The position numbers were made by a program, and so were the translations under genes. The notes beneath the pieces were generated by a model. That model worked only from the letters and a program-made list of their open reading frames with translations, was not told the DNA's origin and did not search any database. Of a stretch of DNA of 39,764 nucleotides, positions 21,111 to 31,119 are shown one piece after another; the stretch's first letter is position 1; each line of letters starts with the position of its first letter. This DNA comes from a bacterium (lineage in GTDB: Bacteria; SAR324; NAC60-12). The stretch lies in contig CBDDTI010000723.1 of NCBI GenBank assembly GCA_965233585.1, forward strand, positions 1-39,764. The letters are read 5' to 3'.

Positions 21111-22754
21111 TTATCGTTTCCAGAAGCGATAATGCAAGAATGTGAGGAGAGTGAAAAACTCAAGTCTGCCAAGTAGCATGAGGATTCCAAGCATGATTTT
21201 TGCGTCACTGCTGAAGTGTGAAAAATTTTCGGTTGGTCCGATTTCTCCAAAACCCGGTCCGAAGTTTCCAACGGCAGTCATAGAGGCTGTCAGTGCTGTA
21301 ATCAAAGAATGTCCCTCCAGCCCTAAATACAATGCACCAATGGCAATGCAAGCAAAGTAAATGCCGACAAACGCAAGGACAGTGCGGATTAAATCATTTG
21401 AAATAATTGTTGAACCGACACGGATTTTGCTGACCAATGCAGGTCTAAATCCTGTTTTAATCTCGTGTAGAAAAGTCTTACCAATCAAAAGGATACGGAA
21501 CAATTTCACTCCTCCTGCTGTGGAGCCTGCACAACCTCCGCAAAACAATAAATAAAACAAAAACATGTGAACAAAAACAGGGTAGAGTTCGTAGTCATCT
21601 GATGCAAAGCCTGTCGTTGTAATCAAAGCAACAACTTGAAAAATAGATTTTCTGATGGCAATTTGCCATTCATAGTTTTTTTGTGAATTGACAATAATCA
21701 TTTTTTGGACTTGAGGCTCTGTAATTTCCACTCTTTCCAGCTCTTGCATCAGAAAAAATGTGGTTGTGAATTGTTCCTGCTTTAACAAACTGAGTTTTTC
21801 AAGGTGTTGGTCTTCTATTTGATGGCTTAAATTGCGACGAACAGAGTCATCTATTTCATGCCCATTATAAAAAGTGAGCGAAATGGTGATGATACTGGAT
21901 AAAAGGACGATGAGAACTGCATAAAATCGCAATTCTGAATCTTTCAAAGCGACTTTGATTTGACCATGAATGATCAAATAATACAGTCCAAAGTTTGTGC
22001 CTCCTAAAAACATGAAGACGATGATGATCCACTCAGCAGAGGCAGAATGATACGAGCCAATGCTAGCATTTTTGATAGAAAAACCACCTGTTGAGATGGT
22101 GCTAAAGCTGTGAGTGATGGCATCAAACCAAGGCATCTGACTCACAAAGACAAGGAGCAGAGCCTCAACAACAGTTAACATCAAATAGGCGTAGAGAAGG
22201 TAGCGAGTGGTGTCACGGATTTTGGGAGTGATGTTTTCTTTGATGGGACCGGGCATTTCCATTTTAAACAAGCTCTTTCCACCTGCGACGCCGAGACTTG
22301 GAAAAATGCTGACAAACAGAACGATGACGCCTAACCCCCCAATCCACTGAGTGAAAGACCGCCAAAAGAGAACAGCATCAGGAAGGGCTTCAATGTCTTT
22401 TAGGATCGTTGATCCTGTGGTTGTGAACCCCGAGACGGATTCAAAGAACGCATCAGCAAAGTGAAGTGAAGTCTCTGCCAGTAAATAGGGTAAGGTTCCA
22501 ACTATGGACATTAAAAACCACGCATAAGCAACAATCATCAGGGCTTCACGGGGTTTAATGTCTCCTTGATGCTTGTGTCCTACAATCCATAAAATGATGC
22601 CAGATGCCAAAATCACAACCATTGACGCAATGAGTTTCAACCCCAAATCAGGGGAAGCATCAAAATAAAAGCACCACAAGGCTTGCACCAATAAAATGCA
22701 GGCAATGAGTAAATTGACCTGTCCACAAAATCGGGAGATTAGCCTAAAATTCAT
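21111..22754 (-). CDS. trkH: Trk K+ uptake membrane subunit with an extra insertion
   Basis: FESVSGFTTTG, QWIGGLG, STGGFS, TTTGF, GGCAGSTAGGVK, GNFGPG, MLLGRLE. Confidence 0.95.
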   Translation of the reverse strand: MNFRLISRFCGQVNLLIACILLVQALWCFYFDASPDLGLKLIASMVVILASGIILWIVGHKHQGDIKPREALMIVAYAWFLMSIVGTLPYLLAETSLHFADAFFESVSGFTTTGSTILKDIEALPDAVLFWRSFTQWIGGLGVIVLFVSIFPSLGVAGGKSLFKMEMPGPIKENITPKIRDTTRYLLYAYLMLTVVEALLLVFVSQMPWFDAITHSFSTISTGGFSIKNASIGSYHSASAEWIIIVFMFLGGTNFGLYYLIIHGQIKVALKDSELRFYAVLIVLLSSIITISLTFYNGHEIDDSVRRNLSHQIEDQHLEKLSLLKQEQFTTTFFLMQELERVEITEPQVQKMIIVNSQKNYEWQIAIRKSIFQVVALITTTGFASDDYELYPVFVHMFLFYLLFCGGCAGSTAGGVKLFRILLIGKTFLHEIKTGFRPALVSKIRVGSTIISNDLIRTVLAFVGIYFACIAIGALYLGLEGHSLITALTASMTAVGNFGPGFGEIGPTENFSHFSSDAKIMLGILMLLGRLEFFTLLTFLHYRFWKR

Positions 22755-24097
22755 AATCCTAACAGACGGTTCAAGCCTTTTTTGGCTCGGGGTGTGGTCA
22801 TGGCAACAACTTGATCGTTTTTTTGAAGAGTATCATTGCCATGAGGCACAAAAATCAGCTTGTCTCTTTTGACTCCAACAATGAGCGACCCGACAGGCAC
22901 AATGACATCTCTTAAAGGTTTTTGGGTGATGGGGGCGTCAGATTTGATGACAATTTCAAAGATTTCAGCTGCACCATTTTCTAAAACACTGACAGATTTG
23001 TATTGGTTGCCACGAATGAAACGCATGATGGCTTCCCCAGTGAGCAAACTGGGACTGACGTATCTTGGAATGTCCAGCTGTTCAAAAAGGGACACACGAT
23101 TGACATTGTGAACCAAAGGAATGAGATGATTGACGCCTTCTTGCTGAGCCAGCAAAGAGGTTGTTAAATTGAAGGAATCATCCTTGCTGCCTGCAATGAA
23201 GGTAGAGCAAAGGTCAATGTCTTCTTCTTGCAATTTTCGGTAGTCTGTTCCGTCTCCATGAATCACAGAGATTTCAGGAAATTTGGCAGCCAGTTCCTCG
23301 CATTTGACACGTGATTTTTCAATCACTTGGATTTTATGATGAATGTCTTGCAACACTTCTAGGGCAATTTCAGTACTTTGTGAAAGACCCGAAAAAAAGA
23401 TCTTATCCCGCTTGCCCCGAGACGCAGGAGCTTGTTCTGCCGCAATTTTCCTCACAGAGGCAGATAACCCAACAAGAATCACTTCACTATTGGGTCTAAT
23501 CATCAACCCACCACGAGAGACATGCAATTCACCTTGTTCAATGACAGCGGCAATGATGACGTTGGCAGGTAATTTTAAGTCTTGAATAGAATATCCAATC
23601 CAACTTGAATTTTTGATGATTTTGATACGGGTTGCCTCTATTTCCCCCCCCGCAAATTGGTCAATAGACAATGCTCCATCTCCCCTTGCTAGCCTGTTGA
23701 TCTCTTGTGCAGTCAATCCTTCAGGTGAAAGAGCAAGGTCAATTCCCAGAAAATTCTCATGCAATCCTTCGTTGTCTTGAAACACTAAATTAGAACTCAC
23801 CCGTGCAATGAGCTTGTCCACACCTGCTTGTTTGGCAAGCATACAGGCAACAATGTTTTCTGCATCATTGCCCATCGTGGCAACAAAAAGGTCTGTTCCT
23901 ACTGTGGAGGCTAACTTGATGGTTGACATAGAGAGTGCAGAGTCATTGAGGACTAGCACATCAAAAGAGTCTTTGATTTCTCTGGCAAGGGCGGGGTCAG
24001 ATTCTATAATGAGTCGTAGATTTTGGTGGTCTTCTTCTAGTAAATTTGACAAAACATACCTGCCAATATCACCACAGCCACATAAAATGATGTTCAA
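22751..24097 (-). CDS. trkA: Trk K+ uptake NAD-binding subunit
   Basis: IILCGCGDIG, two RCK_N/RCK_C pairs, IHGDGTD; strong RBS AGGAGG before TTG; overlaps trkH. Confidence 0.9.
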   Translation of the reverse strand: MNIILCGCGDIGRYVLSNLLEEDHQNLRLIIESDPALAREIKDSFDVLVLNDSALSMSTIKLASTVGTDLFVATMGNDAENIVACMLAKQAGVDKLIARVSSNLVFQDNEGLHENFLGIDLALSPEGLTAQEINRLARGDGALSIDQFAGGEIEATRIKIIKNSSWIGYSIQDLKLPANVIIAAVIEQGELHVSRGGLMIRPNSEVILVGLSASVRKIAAEQAPASRGKRDKIFFSGLSQSTEIALEVLQDIHHKIQVIEKSRVKCEELAAKFPEISVIHGDGTDYRKLQEEDIDLCSTFIAGSKDDSFNLTTSLLAQQEGVNHLIPLVHNVNRVSLFEQLDIPRYVSPSLLTGEAIMRFIRGNQYKSVSVLENGAAEIFEIVIKSDAPITQKPLRDVIVPVGSLIVGVKRDKLIFVPHGNDTLQKNDQVVAMTTPRAKKGLNRLLGL

Positions 24098-24118
24098 CTC
24101 CCCCTCCTGTCCGTGTGA

Positions 24119-24712
24119 TTAAGTGATTGTAGAAACTTTTTTTGAAAGTTTGAGGAAAATCTCTCTGCTAACCCAAGCATCAGTTGCAGCATAAAGCATT
24201 TGTTTGTGGGTCAGTGGGTGTTGCTCCCAGTTAGAAAGCTGTGCATTTTTAGACAATCGCTTTTGAAACAAAAGGGCAGAAAGATTCCTCAAGCCACTTT
24301 GCTTAATTTGCAGACGATGACAGAGCTTTACACAGTCAAAAAAGCCAGCAGGCTGAAACTCAAAGGTTGACCTGAGTGCTTCCACATCTCTTGACACTCC
24401 CACACCAACTTTTAAAATGTCAGGTCTCTCTAAAATAGAGATAATCTCTTCGTAATGTTGCTTTTGATTCAATCGCAACAAAAAGACGTCAGCTTCTGAT
24501 GCAAGTTGCAAAAGGGCAACAGAATGTGGGGGTTGATTCTTCCGAAAGACAGGACGTGTTTCTGTGTCAAATCCAAGAATTTTTTCTTTTTGCAAATGAT
24601 GTAGGGCTTTTTGGGCTGATTCTTGGTCTTCTACAAGGTGGATTTCTCCGCTGAAAAGGATTTGAGGGAGCTTTTGAATGTCTTCGGCTTTGATTTTTGG
24701 AGGAGGAAACAT
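24119..24712 (-). CDS. DEDDy 3'-5' exonuclease (RNase D/WRN-like)
   Basis: LGFDTETRP, ALLQLA, LKVGVG, LSNWE..PLT..QMLYAATDAW. Confidence 0.9.
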   Translation of the reverse strand: MFPPPKIKAEDIQKLPQILFSGEIHLVEDQESAQKALHHLQKEKILGFDTETRPVFRKNQPPHSVALLQLASEADVFLLRLNQKQHYEEIISILERPDILKVGVGVSRDVEALRSTFEFQPAGFFDCVKLCHRLQIKQSGLRNLSALLFQKRLSKNAQLSNWEQHPLTHKQMLYAATDAWVSREIFLKLSKKVSTIT

Positions 24713-24736
24713 TAGATTTTCATTAAACTTTCATCT

Positions 24737-26011
24737 TTAAAACTCAAATTGAAATGACAAACTCATGTTGGATTCTTCAAACGCAAGATGGTGATTTGGT
24801 GTTTGAAAAGAAGTCCAGTTTTTGATGCGACCTTCATTAAGCAGGCTAGTTTCTTCACGAGAAAGTCCCACATACTTCACACCTCCATAAACTGCACCAG
24901 CTAAACCACCAATCAATCCAACTTGCTGAATCGTTTCTGAAGGAATGATTTGCAGAAATGACGCCACAGCCACCCCAGCAGAAGCACCACCAACCAGTAG
25001 CCACAGACGTTTGTCTATGCGCACTTGGTTGAGAGCTTTCTGCCATTCTTGTCTTTCCTGTGAAGGACGGTCAAGTGGTGCAAGCGTTTGAGGTTGTAGG
25101 GGTCTTCTACGTGGCTGGGTAGGGGGAATCAGCCGCAGTTGTGTATCAAGCTCACGTCTTGCCTCTGAAACCAGCTCAATTTGTCTTTGACGATTGACAT
25201 AAGTCCTTGCCCATTGTCCAACCTCTGGTACTCCAAAAGCGTATGGTGCAATGGCTTCTGAAGATTGTTCATTGATTCTGACCACTTCTAAAACAGAAAT
25301 TTTGCGTTGTTCCAAACCTAGTGTCTCTCCCTGTATTCCTGTTGTAGTTTGTCCGCGACTGTAAACCACCAAACGGTCTCCTATCTTCAAACCATGCACC
25401 TTTCCCAAGTCCACTATCACACTTTTTTGACCAACTGACAAAATTCTACCACTCAGCAATGTGTTTTGAGACACCCGATTCACCAGCTGAAACAACCGCT
25501 GATTCATGTCTTCATCAGTAAAACGAATCTCTTCCTCTAAATCCAACATATTAGTCGCAACAGAGATGAGTTGAAGCGTGATGACAAATCCGTCTTTTGA
25601 TGAACCATCAGAGTCTAAAACGGGTGTCAGCTTGAGCTGACCTGTCAGAACTTTGTCAGCATTGAAAAGCCTGCCAATTTGAACAGCACATGAAGTTTCA
25701 GTACAATTGACAAGATGCGGTTGTTTTTCGTTTAATTGAGGTTGCCATTCACTTGGACCAACCACAGTAAAATGTTTGGTGTTGTTCAGATTATCCTGCA
25801 CAATCCGCAAGACTTGATTGCTTGCAGTCTCACTAATCCCAAAAGGAGAGAACGTGAGAATGAGAATTTTAACACGTCCATCACTGCTAAATCCTGCCAA
25901 TAAGTCTTGCTCAAGCGTGTTGAATTGAGCAAAAACGTTGGTAGCAATGAATGCAAAGCAAATTGAAAGTTTAAGGAATTTAAAAAGTGATCTCACTAAT
26001 ATCCTGAACAA
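24737..26011 (-). CDS. Exported protein with a CsgG/TolB_N-like N-terminal domain and a FlgT-C-like beta domain
   Basis: Signal-like N-terminus, CTETSCAVQIGRLFNADKVLTG, VIVDLGKVHGLKIGDRLVVY, C-terminal hydrophobic helices. Confidence 0.6.
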   Translation of the reverse strand: MFRILVRSLFKFLKLSICFAFIATNVFAQFNTLEQDLLAGFSSDGRVKILILTFSPFGISETASNQVLRIVQDNLNNTKHFTVVGPSEWQPQLNEKQPHLVNCTETSCAVQIGRLFNADKVLTGQLKLTPVLDSDGSSKDGFVITLQLISVATNMLDLEEEIRFTDEDMNQRLFQLVNRVSQNTLLSGRILSVGQKSVIVDLGKVHGLKIGDRLVVYSRGQTTTGIQGETLGLEQRKISVLEVVRINEQSSEAIAPYAFGVPEVGQWARTYVNRQRQIELVSEARRELDTQLRLIPPTQPRRRPLQPQTLAPLDRPSQERQEWQKALNQVRIDKRLWLLVGGASAGVAVASFLQIIPSETIQQVGLIGGLAGAVYGGVKYVGLSREETSLLNEGRIKNWTSFQTPNHHLAFEESNMSLSFQFEF

Positions 26012-26402
26012 AAATTTCTAAACTACCAAATTCTGTTTCTGCAAAAACTTTAGTCAGGCGGTCTAACTGAACTTGATAGCGATTGCCACTTTTGATGATG
26101 ATTTGTGCAAGAATAAAGGGTGAAGAAGGGTCTCCATCAATCAACTTGATAGACTGAATCTTTTCAAATGGCACTTGAATTGTGGACTTGCCATATTTGG
26201 CTTTGATGATGTTTTTACCTGTCCAGCTGAGGCGGCTTACGTTAAAATTGGTACCCACTTGATCAATGATAGTGGCTTGAAAGTTTTTGGTAGGAAGAGG
26301 CACTTGTTCAGAGTCATCTCCCCCTCCCAGACCTTGCAAAAAAAATGCAGAGAAGAGAACGAGAAGGAATGTGAAAAACTTGCGAGAATCAAAAATTTTC
26401 AT
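25980..26402 (-). CDS. Hypothetical exported protein
   Basis: RBS GGAGG before MKIFDS (26402), hydrophobic N-terminus, beta-rich body (IQVPFEKIQSIKL). Confidence 0.7.
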   Translation of the reverse strand: MKIFDSRKFFTFLLVLFSAFFLQGLGGGDDSEQVPLPTKNFQATIIDQVGTNFNVSRLSWTGKNIIKAKYGKSTIQVPFEKIQSIKLIDGDPSSPFILAQIIIKSGNRYQVQLDRLTKVFAETEFGSLEIFVQDISEITF

Positions 26403-26493
26403 AAGAATACCTCCATATAATATTTGTGGTTGCATCTAAACTTTATCTATTATTAAATAATAAGTCTGACTTTTTGACAATCTTAAAATCAAC

Positions 26494-27153
26494 ATGGCTA
26501 AAAAATTACCTCTTGAAACTTTGGACTTATCTGAACGTATTGAACTATTCTTCCTGTCAGCTGCAGACTTCATTTATCAAAGAATGACTCTGTTTATCTC
26601 TCTGGCTGTTGGCTTCATTGTGGTTGCTGTTAGCATTTATGGCTGGAGTGAGTTCCAAGAAGCTCAACAGGTAGAACAAGCCAATGCTTTGTATGAAACA
26701 GAAAGAGCATTTGAAGAATTTTTTGAGGAAGAAGACTTTGAGCAAGGGGTCGCTGTGATGCAAAAGTTTGTAGATCAGTTTCCTGACAGTGTCTATGCCC
26801 CTGCTTTATTAGTTCGCATTGGTGATACCTACGGCATATCTCAGCAATGGGAACACGCCATCAGAGCATACCGACAAGCCAAAGATTCCCCAAAAGTCAG
26901 TGAACACATCAAGAAGATGGCGTTCGTTTCATTAGTCATTGCCTATGTTGAAACTCAACAGTTTGAGAAGGCAAATCAAGAATTAGCTACGTTGGAAGAC
27001 CAGACATGGTCAGATGCCAAGTTGCGTTTACAAGCGGCAATCAGCTTAGCGCAAGGCAACATCAATGATGCCAAGAAAAAATTAGAAGAATTGACAACAA
27101 ATTTTCCCAACTCACCTCTGACATCTTATGTCAAAGTCATTTTAGAACAATAA
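26494..27153 (+). CDS. YfgM-like membrane-anchored TPR protein
   Basis: One N-terminal TM helix, QFPDSVYAPALL, TPR helices, FPNSP. Confidence 0.7.
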   Translation: MAKKLPLETLDLSERIELFFLSAADFIYQRMTLFISLAVGFIVVAVSIYGWSEFQEAQQVEQANALYETERAFEEFFEEEDFEQGVAVMQKFVDQFPDSVYAPALLVRIGDTYGISQQWEHAIRAYRQAKDSPKVSEHIKKMAFVSLVIAYVETQQFEKANQELATLEDQTWSDAKLRLQAAISLAQGNINDAKKKLEELTTNFPNSPLTSYVKVILEQ

Positions 27154-27167
27154 AAAAGGAGTATCTC

Positions 27168-27410
27168 ATGTTTACAGATTATTTATCGTTTGTTGAAGAT
27201 CATCAAAAGGTCATGCCTTACAATGAATTTGAAAAAGTCGTCGTTGCGGCAAAGCGTGCTAAAGAAATTTACGAAGCAGAAAACCCTGAGGTAGAAAATT
27301 TTCACGTGGGGAAGAAATTCTTTGATGACCAACACAAGCCCGGATACCGTGCTATTTTAGAGATCAATGAAGGCAAAGTGCAAATTGAAAGCACGGAAAA
27401 ACTGCCATAA
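27168..27410 (+). CDS. rpoZ: RNA polymerase omega subunit
   Basis: NEFEKVVVAAKRAKEI and HKP...AILEINEGKV omega motifs; RBS AAGGAG. Confidence 0.8.
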   Translation: MFTDYLSFVEDHQKVMPYNEFEKVVVAAKRAKEIYEAENPEVENFHVGKKFFDDQHKPGYRAILEINEGKVQIESTEKLP

Positions 27411-27434
27411 GTTCACCCCTGCCTAAAATCACCA

Positions 27435-27494
27435 AAGCATTGTGATACTCAAAAAGTGTGACACTTTAAAAAGATTGAGACTTTCACAATGCTT
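27435..27494. terminator. Long imperfect hairpin between convergent rpoZ and tctA (possible bidirectional terminator)
   Basis: Perfect 11-bp inverted repeat AAGCATTGTGA/TCACAATGCTT enclosing CTCAA/TTGAG and AAAGTG-TGA-CACTTT. Confidence 0.45.
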
Positions 27495-27524
27495 CCTTTC
27501 CAGTTCTTTCGCTTTTCTTAAAAG

Positions 27525-29015
27525 TTAAATTTTCTTTTTGACCAAATTGACCAATTTTGGTGCAATCAAACTAAGAAAAGCTAAGACCCATAAAATGATG
27601 GTGATGTTGGATTCAAAAAAGATAGAAAATTCACCTCCGCTATAAATTAACGCACGTCTGAAGTTGGTTTCAATCAACGTGCCAAGCACGACCCCTAAAA
27701 CCAATGGAGCAAGAGGATAATCCGCACGTCTCATCACATAACCAACCAAGCCAAAAATGATAATCAAAATGACATCAAACCCACTGCCGTTGATGGTGTA
27801 TGCCCCCACAATGCTTAGCATCGCAATCGCAGGCATGAGAATATAACGAGGAGTGAGTAAAATCCTTGCAAAAAGTCCTACAAGGGGCAGGTTTAAAATG
27901 ATTAAAAAGACGTTCCCAATGAACATAGAGGCGGCTAATCCCCAAAAAATTTCAGGTGTATTTTCCAAAAATAAAGGACCGGGTTGAATCCCAAAGCTGA
28001 TGAAACCACCTAGCATGACAGCTGTTGTCTCGCTACCGGGAACTCCTAAAATCAACAAAGGAATGAATGAACCCACTGCTGAGGCATTGTTTGCAGACTC
28101 AGGAGCAGCAACCCCCCTCAAATCTCCCTGACCAAACTGATTGCCTTTAATCCACTTCTTTTCCATTGCATAGGCTAAGAAGCTGGCAATCGTTCCACCT
28201 GCACCGGGCAAAACTCCCACCATGAAGCCTGAGATGCAACTTCTTAAAATGATGGCAAAAGAAGCGACCATGTCTTTGAATGAAATCATCAAACTGGTCA
28301 AAGGCTGGATCATCGTTTTGGTCTTTTCCACTTCTCCAAGCATGAAAAATAATTCACTCACTGCAAAAAAACCAATCACGACAACGATAAAATCAATGCC
28401 GTCATAAAGCTCTATCAGTCCAAAAGTAATCCGACTGGCTCCTGTTGTGGAGTCAATGCCAATGGAGGAAATGACCAATCCCAACGTGGCAGAGATCATG
28501 GCTTTGGCAAAACTCCCTGTGCTGAAGCTGGACAGTGACATGAAAGCAAAGACCATCAAGACTGTGTATTCAGCAGGTCCAAAGTCAATCGCCAATTTTG
28601 CCAGAGGAGGAGCAAACAATGCCAGTAGAAAGATAGACAAAGTGCCACCCCCAAAGGAAGCAATCGCAGACATCGCCAAGGCTTTGCCTCCTGCTCCTTT
28701 TTTTGCAAGAGCATAGCCGTCAATGGCAGTCACAGCAGCAGCAGAAGTACCGGGAACATTGAGTAAGATGCTAGAAATAGAGTTGCCATATTGTGAACCG
28801 TAATAAATGCTGGCAAACAGCATCATCACGCTGGCAGGTGAGATTTGAAGAGTGAACACAATCGGGAACAAAACAGCAATCGCATTGACTGGTCCAATGC
28901 CCGGTAACATGCCAATCAGTGTTCCCAAAAACGTGCCTAAAATGATAAACCCGATATTCTGCCACGTCAGTGCAACAGCAAATCCATCAAATAATAAACT
29001 CAATGATTCTTGCAT
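27525..29015 (-). CDS. tctA: Tripartite tricarboxylate transporter, large permease
   Basis: GTLIGMLPGIG, YYGSQYG, ILLNVPG, DGYALAKKG, FGPAEY, GVAAPESANNA, GIQPGP. Confidence 0.95.
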   Translation of the reverse strand: MQESLSLLFDGFAVALTWQNIGFIILGTFLGTLIGMLPGIGPVNAIAVLFPIVFTLQISPASVMMLFASIYYGSQYGNSISSILLNVPGTSAAAVTAIDGYALAKKGAGGKALAMSAIASFGGGTLSIFLLALFAPPLAKLAIDFGPAEYTVLMVFAFMSLSSFSTGSFAKAMISATLGLVISSIGIDSTTGASRITFGLIELYDGIDFIVVVIGFFAVSELFFMLGEVEKTKTMIQPLTSLMISFKDMVASFAIILRSCISGFMVGVLPGAGGTIASFLAYAMEKKWIKGNQFGQGDLRGVAAPESANNASAVGSFIPLLILGVPGSETTAVMLGGFISFGIQPGPLFLENTPEIFWGLAASMFIGNVFLIILNLPLVGLFARILLTPRYILMPAIAMLSIVGAYTINGSGFDVILIIIFGLVGYVMRRADYPLAPLVLGVVLGTLIETNFRRALIYSGGEFSIFFESNITIILWVLAFLSLIAPKLVNLVKKKI

Positions 29016-29036
29016 GTGAACATCAAGGGAGATAAT

Positions 29037-29624
29037 TCAAAAATCAAGCTGTTTCATAAATGATTTGAGCCTCTCATCGTTAAAATTCAATTCAACCGCA
29101 AGTTTTAGCAAATGACAAATACCCTTTAAATCAAGGTGATTCCAACCTTGTTTGCCTAACTCTTTACCTTCTGGCAAAAACTCTGCGGGTTGAATATCCT
29201 CACCAATCACGATTGATCTATCAAAAAGCACAATATTTTCTGGATATGCTTTGATATTGCTAACATCGTAATCTCCCAGTCTATTTGAGGGGTGATTAAA
29301 AACCATTCTTTGATAATTTTCAATTCTAGGGAAGCCATAAAATCCCACAATCTCATTAGTTCCCTTGTGATAGTTTCTACTACGAAAAAATGCTATGATA
29401 GGACAATCATTCACTGGGAGGCCAGATTTAAATGATGGCGTATATCCTAACCAGTAATTATTTGGTTCTTTAGGAAGAACCAAATGTCCAAAATTCAAAT
29501 CTTCACACATGAATTGATTTTGTTGCACATATTCATAACCAGAATTCGCTAAATCATCAGGAGTTGCCTTGTCAGCCCATCTATTACTATTCCAAGAGAT
29601 AGACACTAACATTCCATTGTTCAT
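29037..29624 (-). CDS. Hypothetical soluble protein inserted inside the tct operon
   Basis: Own RBS (AAGAGGAA), AT-rich leader, no TM segments; motifs ISWNSNRW, EDLNF, IVGFY. Confidence 0.75.
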   Translation of the reverse strand: MNNGMLVSISWNSNRWADKATPDDLANSGYEYVQQNQFMCEDLNFGHLVLPKEPNNYWLGYTPSFKSGLPVNDCPIIAFFRSRNYHKGTNEIVGFYGFPRIENYQRMVFNHPSNRLGDYDVSNIKAYPENIVLFDRSIVIGEDIQPAEFLPEGKELGKQGWNHLDLKGICHLLKLAVELNFNDERLKSFMKQLDF

Positions 29625-29671
29625 ATTTCCTCTTATTTTTATTTATGATTGATTATTTTGATTTCTACTTT

Positions 29672-30121
29672 TCACCACTTCAACCATAGTCCTCTGCCAA
29701 GAGAAATGTCTAACACGGTGTCAAAAAGCAGGTAACACAGGACAGACATGATGACAGCACTGACAAACGCTTTAGTTTTAGTTGCACCAAATAAAACGCC
29801 TGTCATGGTCATCAATGCAATCATGGCAGGTAAAAAACCAACGTAAACTAATGCTTCTACATAAAGGAGAGTGCCAATGACAAAAGGCAGGCGGAAGAGC
29901 CAATCCTTCCATTCAGCGTGGCTAGGTTGAAAGTCTGTTGAATTGACAAAAAGCAGGAGGGCAAAGAATCCTAAAAATCCAGATAAGATGTAAACCCAGT
30001 GATGAGGACCAACCAACCCGTTGAAAAAATTGACTTCAATCAAACTGCCCAGATAGGCATAAACGAGAGAAAATAAAATAACAACGACTGCAGAAGATTG
30101 ATCAAACTTGAGTTTTTTCAC
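29672..30121 (-). CDS. tctB: Tripartite tricarboxylate transporter, small permease
   Basis: 4-5 TM helices, VGP, LLYV...VGFL, YLLFDTVLDISL; lies between tctC and tctA. Confidence 0.85.
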   Translation of the reverse strand: MKKLKFDQSSAVVVILFSLVYAYLGSLIEVNFFNGLVGPHHWVYILSGFLGFFALLLFVNSTDFQPSHAEWKDWLFRLPFVIGTLLYVEALVYVGFLPAMIALMTMTGVLFGATKTKAFVSAVIMSVLCYLLFDTVLDISLGRGLWLKW

Positions 30122-30138
30122 TGCACTAGCCGGATTCT

Positions 30139-31119
30139 TTAATTTTTCACAAAGCCTAAATCTTCAGAAATCTTGCCGACTAGAGAGATTTGGTCTTGTA
30201 CAAAATTCTCAAAATCACTTCCAAAAGAGGCAAAAGGAGCAAGTCCATTTTTATTGCGAAGCTCTACCCATTCCTCAGAATTAGCAACAGTGCGAACAAT
30301 CTTGACCCACTCTTGATAACGAGAATTAGAGATGTTTTTAGGAGCATAAAATCCCCTCCAGTTCGCACCAATGACATCGTAACCTTGCTCTTTAGCAGTT
30401 TTAGCATCAGGCAGTCGGTCAATACGTTCTGGAGCAAGAATTGCCAAAACTCTGACGTCTCCTTTATCGTAGTAACTCAAGATTTCAGAAACATCACCTG
30501 TAAATACATCAGCTCTTTTGCTGATGACTTCAAGCATGGCAGTATTGCCACTGTCAAAGGAAATGTAGTTGATGGCTTTAAGGTCAGAAATCCCCGCCTT
30601 GTCTGCTAAAATTAAAACTTTGAGATGATCCCAACCGCCCGCAGAACTACCCCCAACAACAGGAGTGCGACGTGGATTGTCTCGTAAGGCTTTGATTAAA
30701 TCTTTCAAGGTTTTAATTTTTGATTGTTTGTGAACGACGATGGCGCCATAATCTGCACCCAACGCTCCTAACCAACGCACATCATTTGCACTAAACCCTG
30801 AATAAACATTTTGTCCAAGACGTGCTGCTGTTGCCATACTTGCCGCAACAATCAACTCTTCATCATCAGAACGTTTGGTCACCACGAACGAGTAGGCTTT
30901 TCCCCCACCTGCTCCTGACATGTTGGTGACTTTGATGTTGCCGTCAACCAAACCCAACTCGGTCATCACTTTTGCCGCTGGCACACGACAAGTGAAGTCC
31001 CAACCTCCACCTGCACCAGCAGGAGCAATACATTCCACATTACTAGGCTCTGCATAAAGGGTGGTGAAAGGTAACACTGTTGCGACGAAACCAGCCTTAA
31101 ATATTTTTTTGAAGATCAT
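30139..31119 (-). CDS. tctC: Tripartite tricarboxylate transporter, substrate-binding protein
   Basis: ECIAPAGAGGGWDFTCR, NMSGAGGG, GADYG, NWRGFYAP. Confidence 0.93.
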   Translation of the reverse strand: MIFKKIFKAGFVATVLPFTTLYAEPSNVECIAPAGAGGGWDFTCRVPAAKVMTELGLVDGNIKVTNMSGAGGGKAYSFVVTKRSDDEELIVAASMATAARLGQNVYSGFSANDVRWLGALGADYGAIVVHKQSKIKTLKDLIKALRDNPRRTPVVGGSSAGGWDHLKVLILADKAGISDLKAINYISFDSGNTAMLEVISKRADVFTGDVSEILSYYDKGDVRVLAILAPERIDRLPDAKTAKEQGYDVIGANWRGFYAPKNISNSRYQEWVKIVRTVANSEEWVELRNKNGLAPFASFGSDFENFVQDQISLVGKISEDLGFVKN

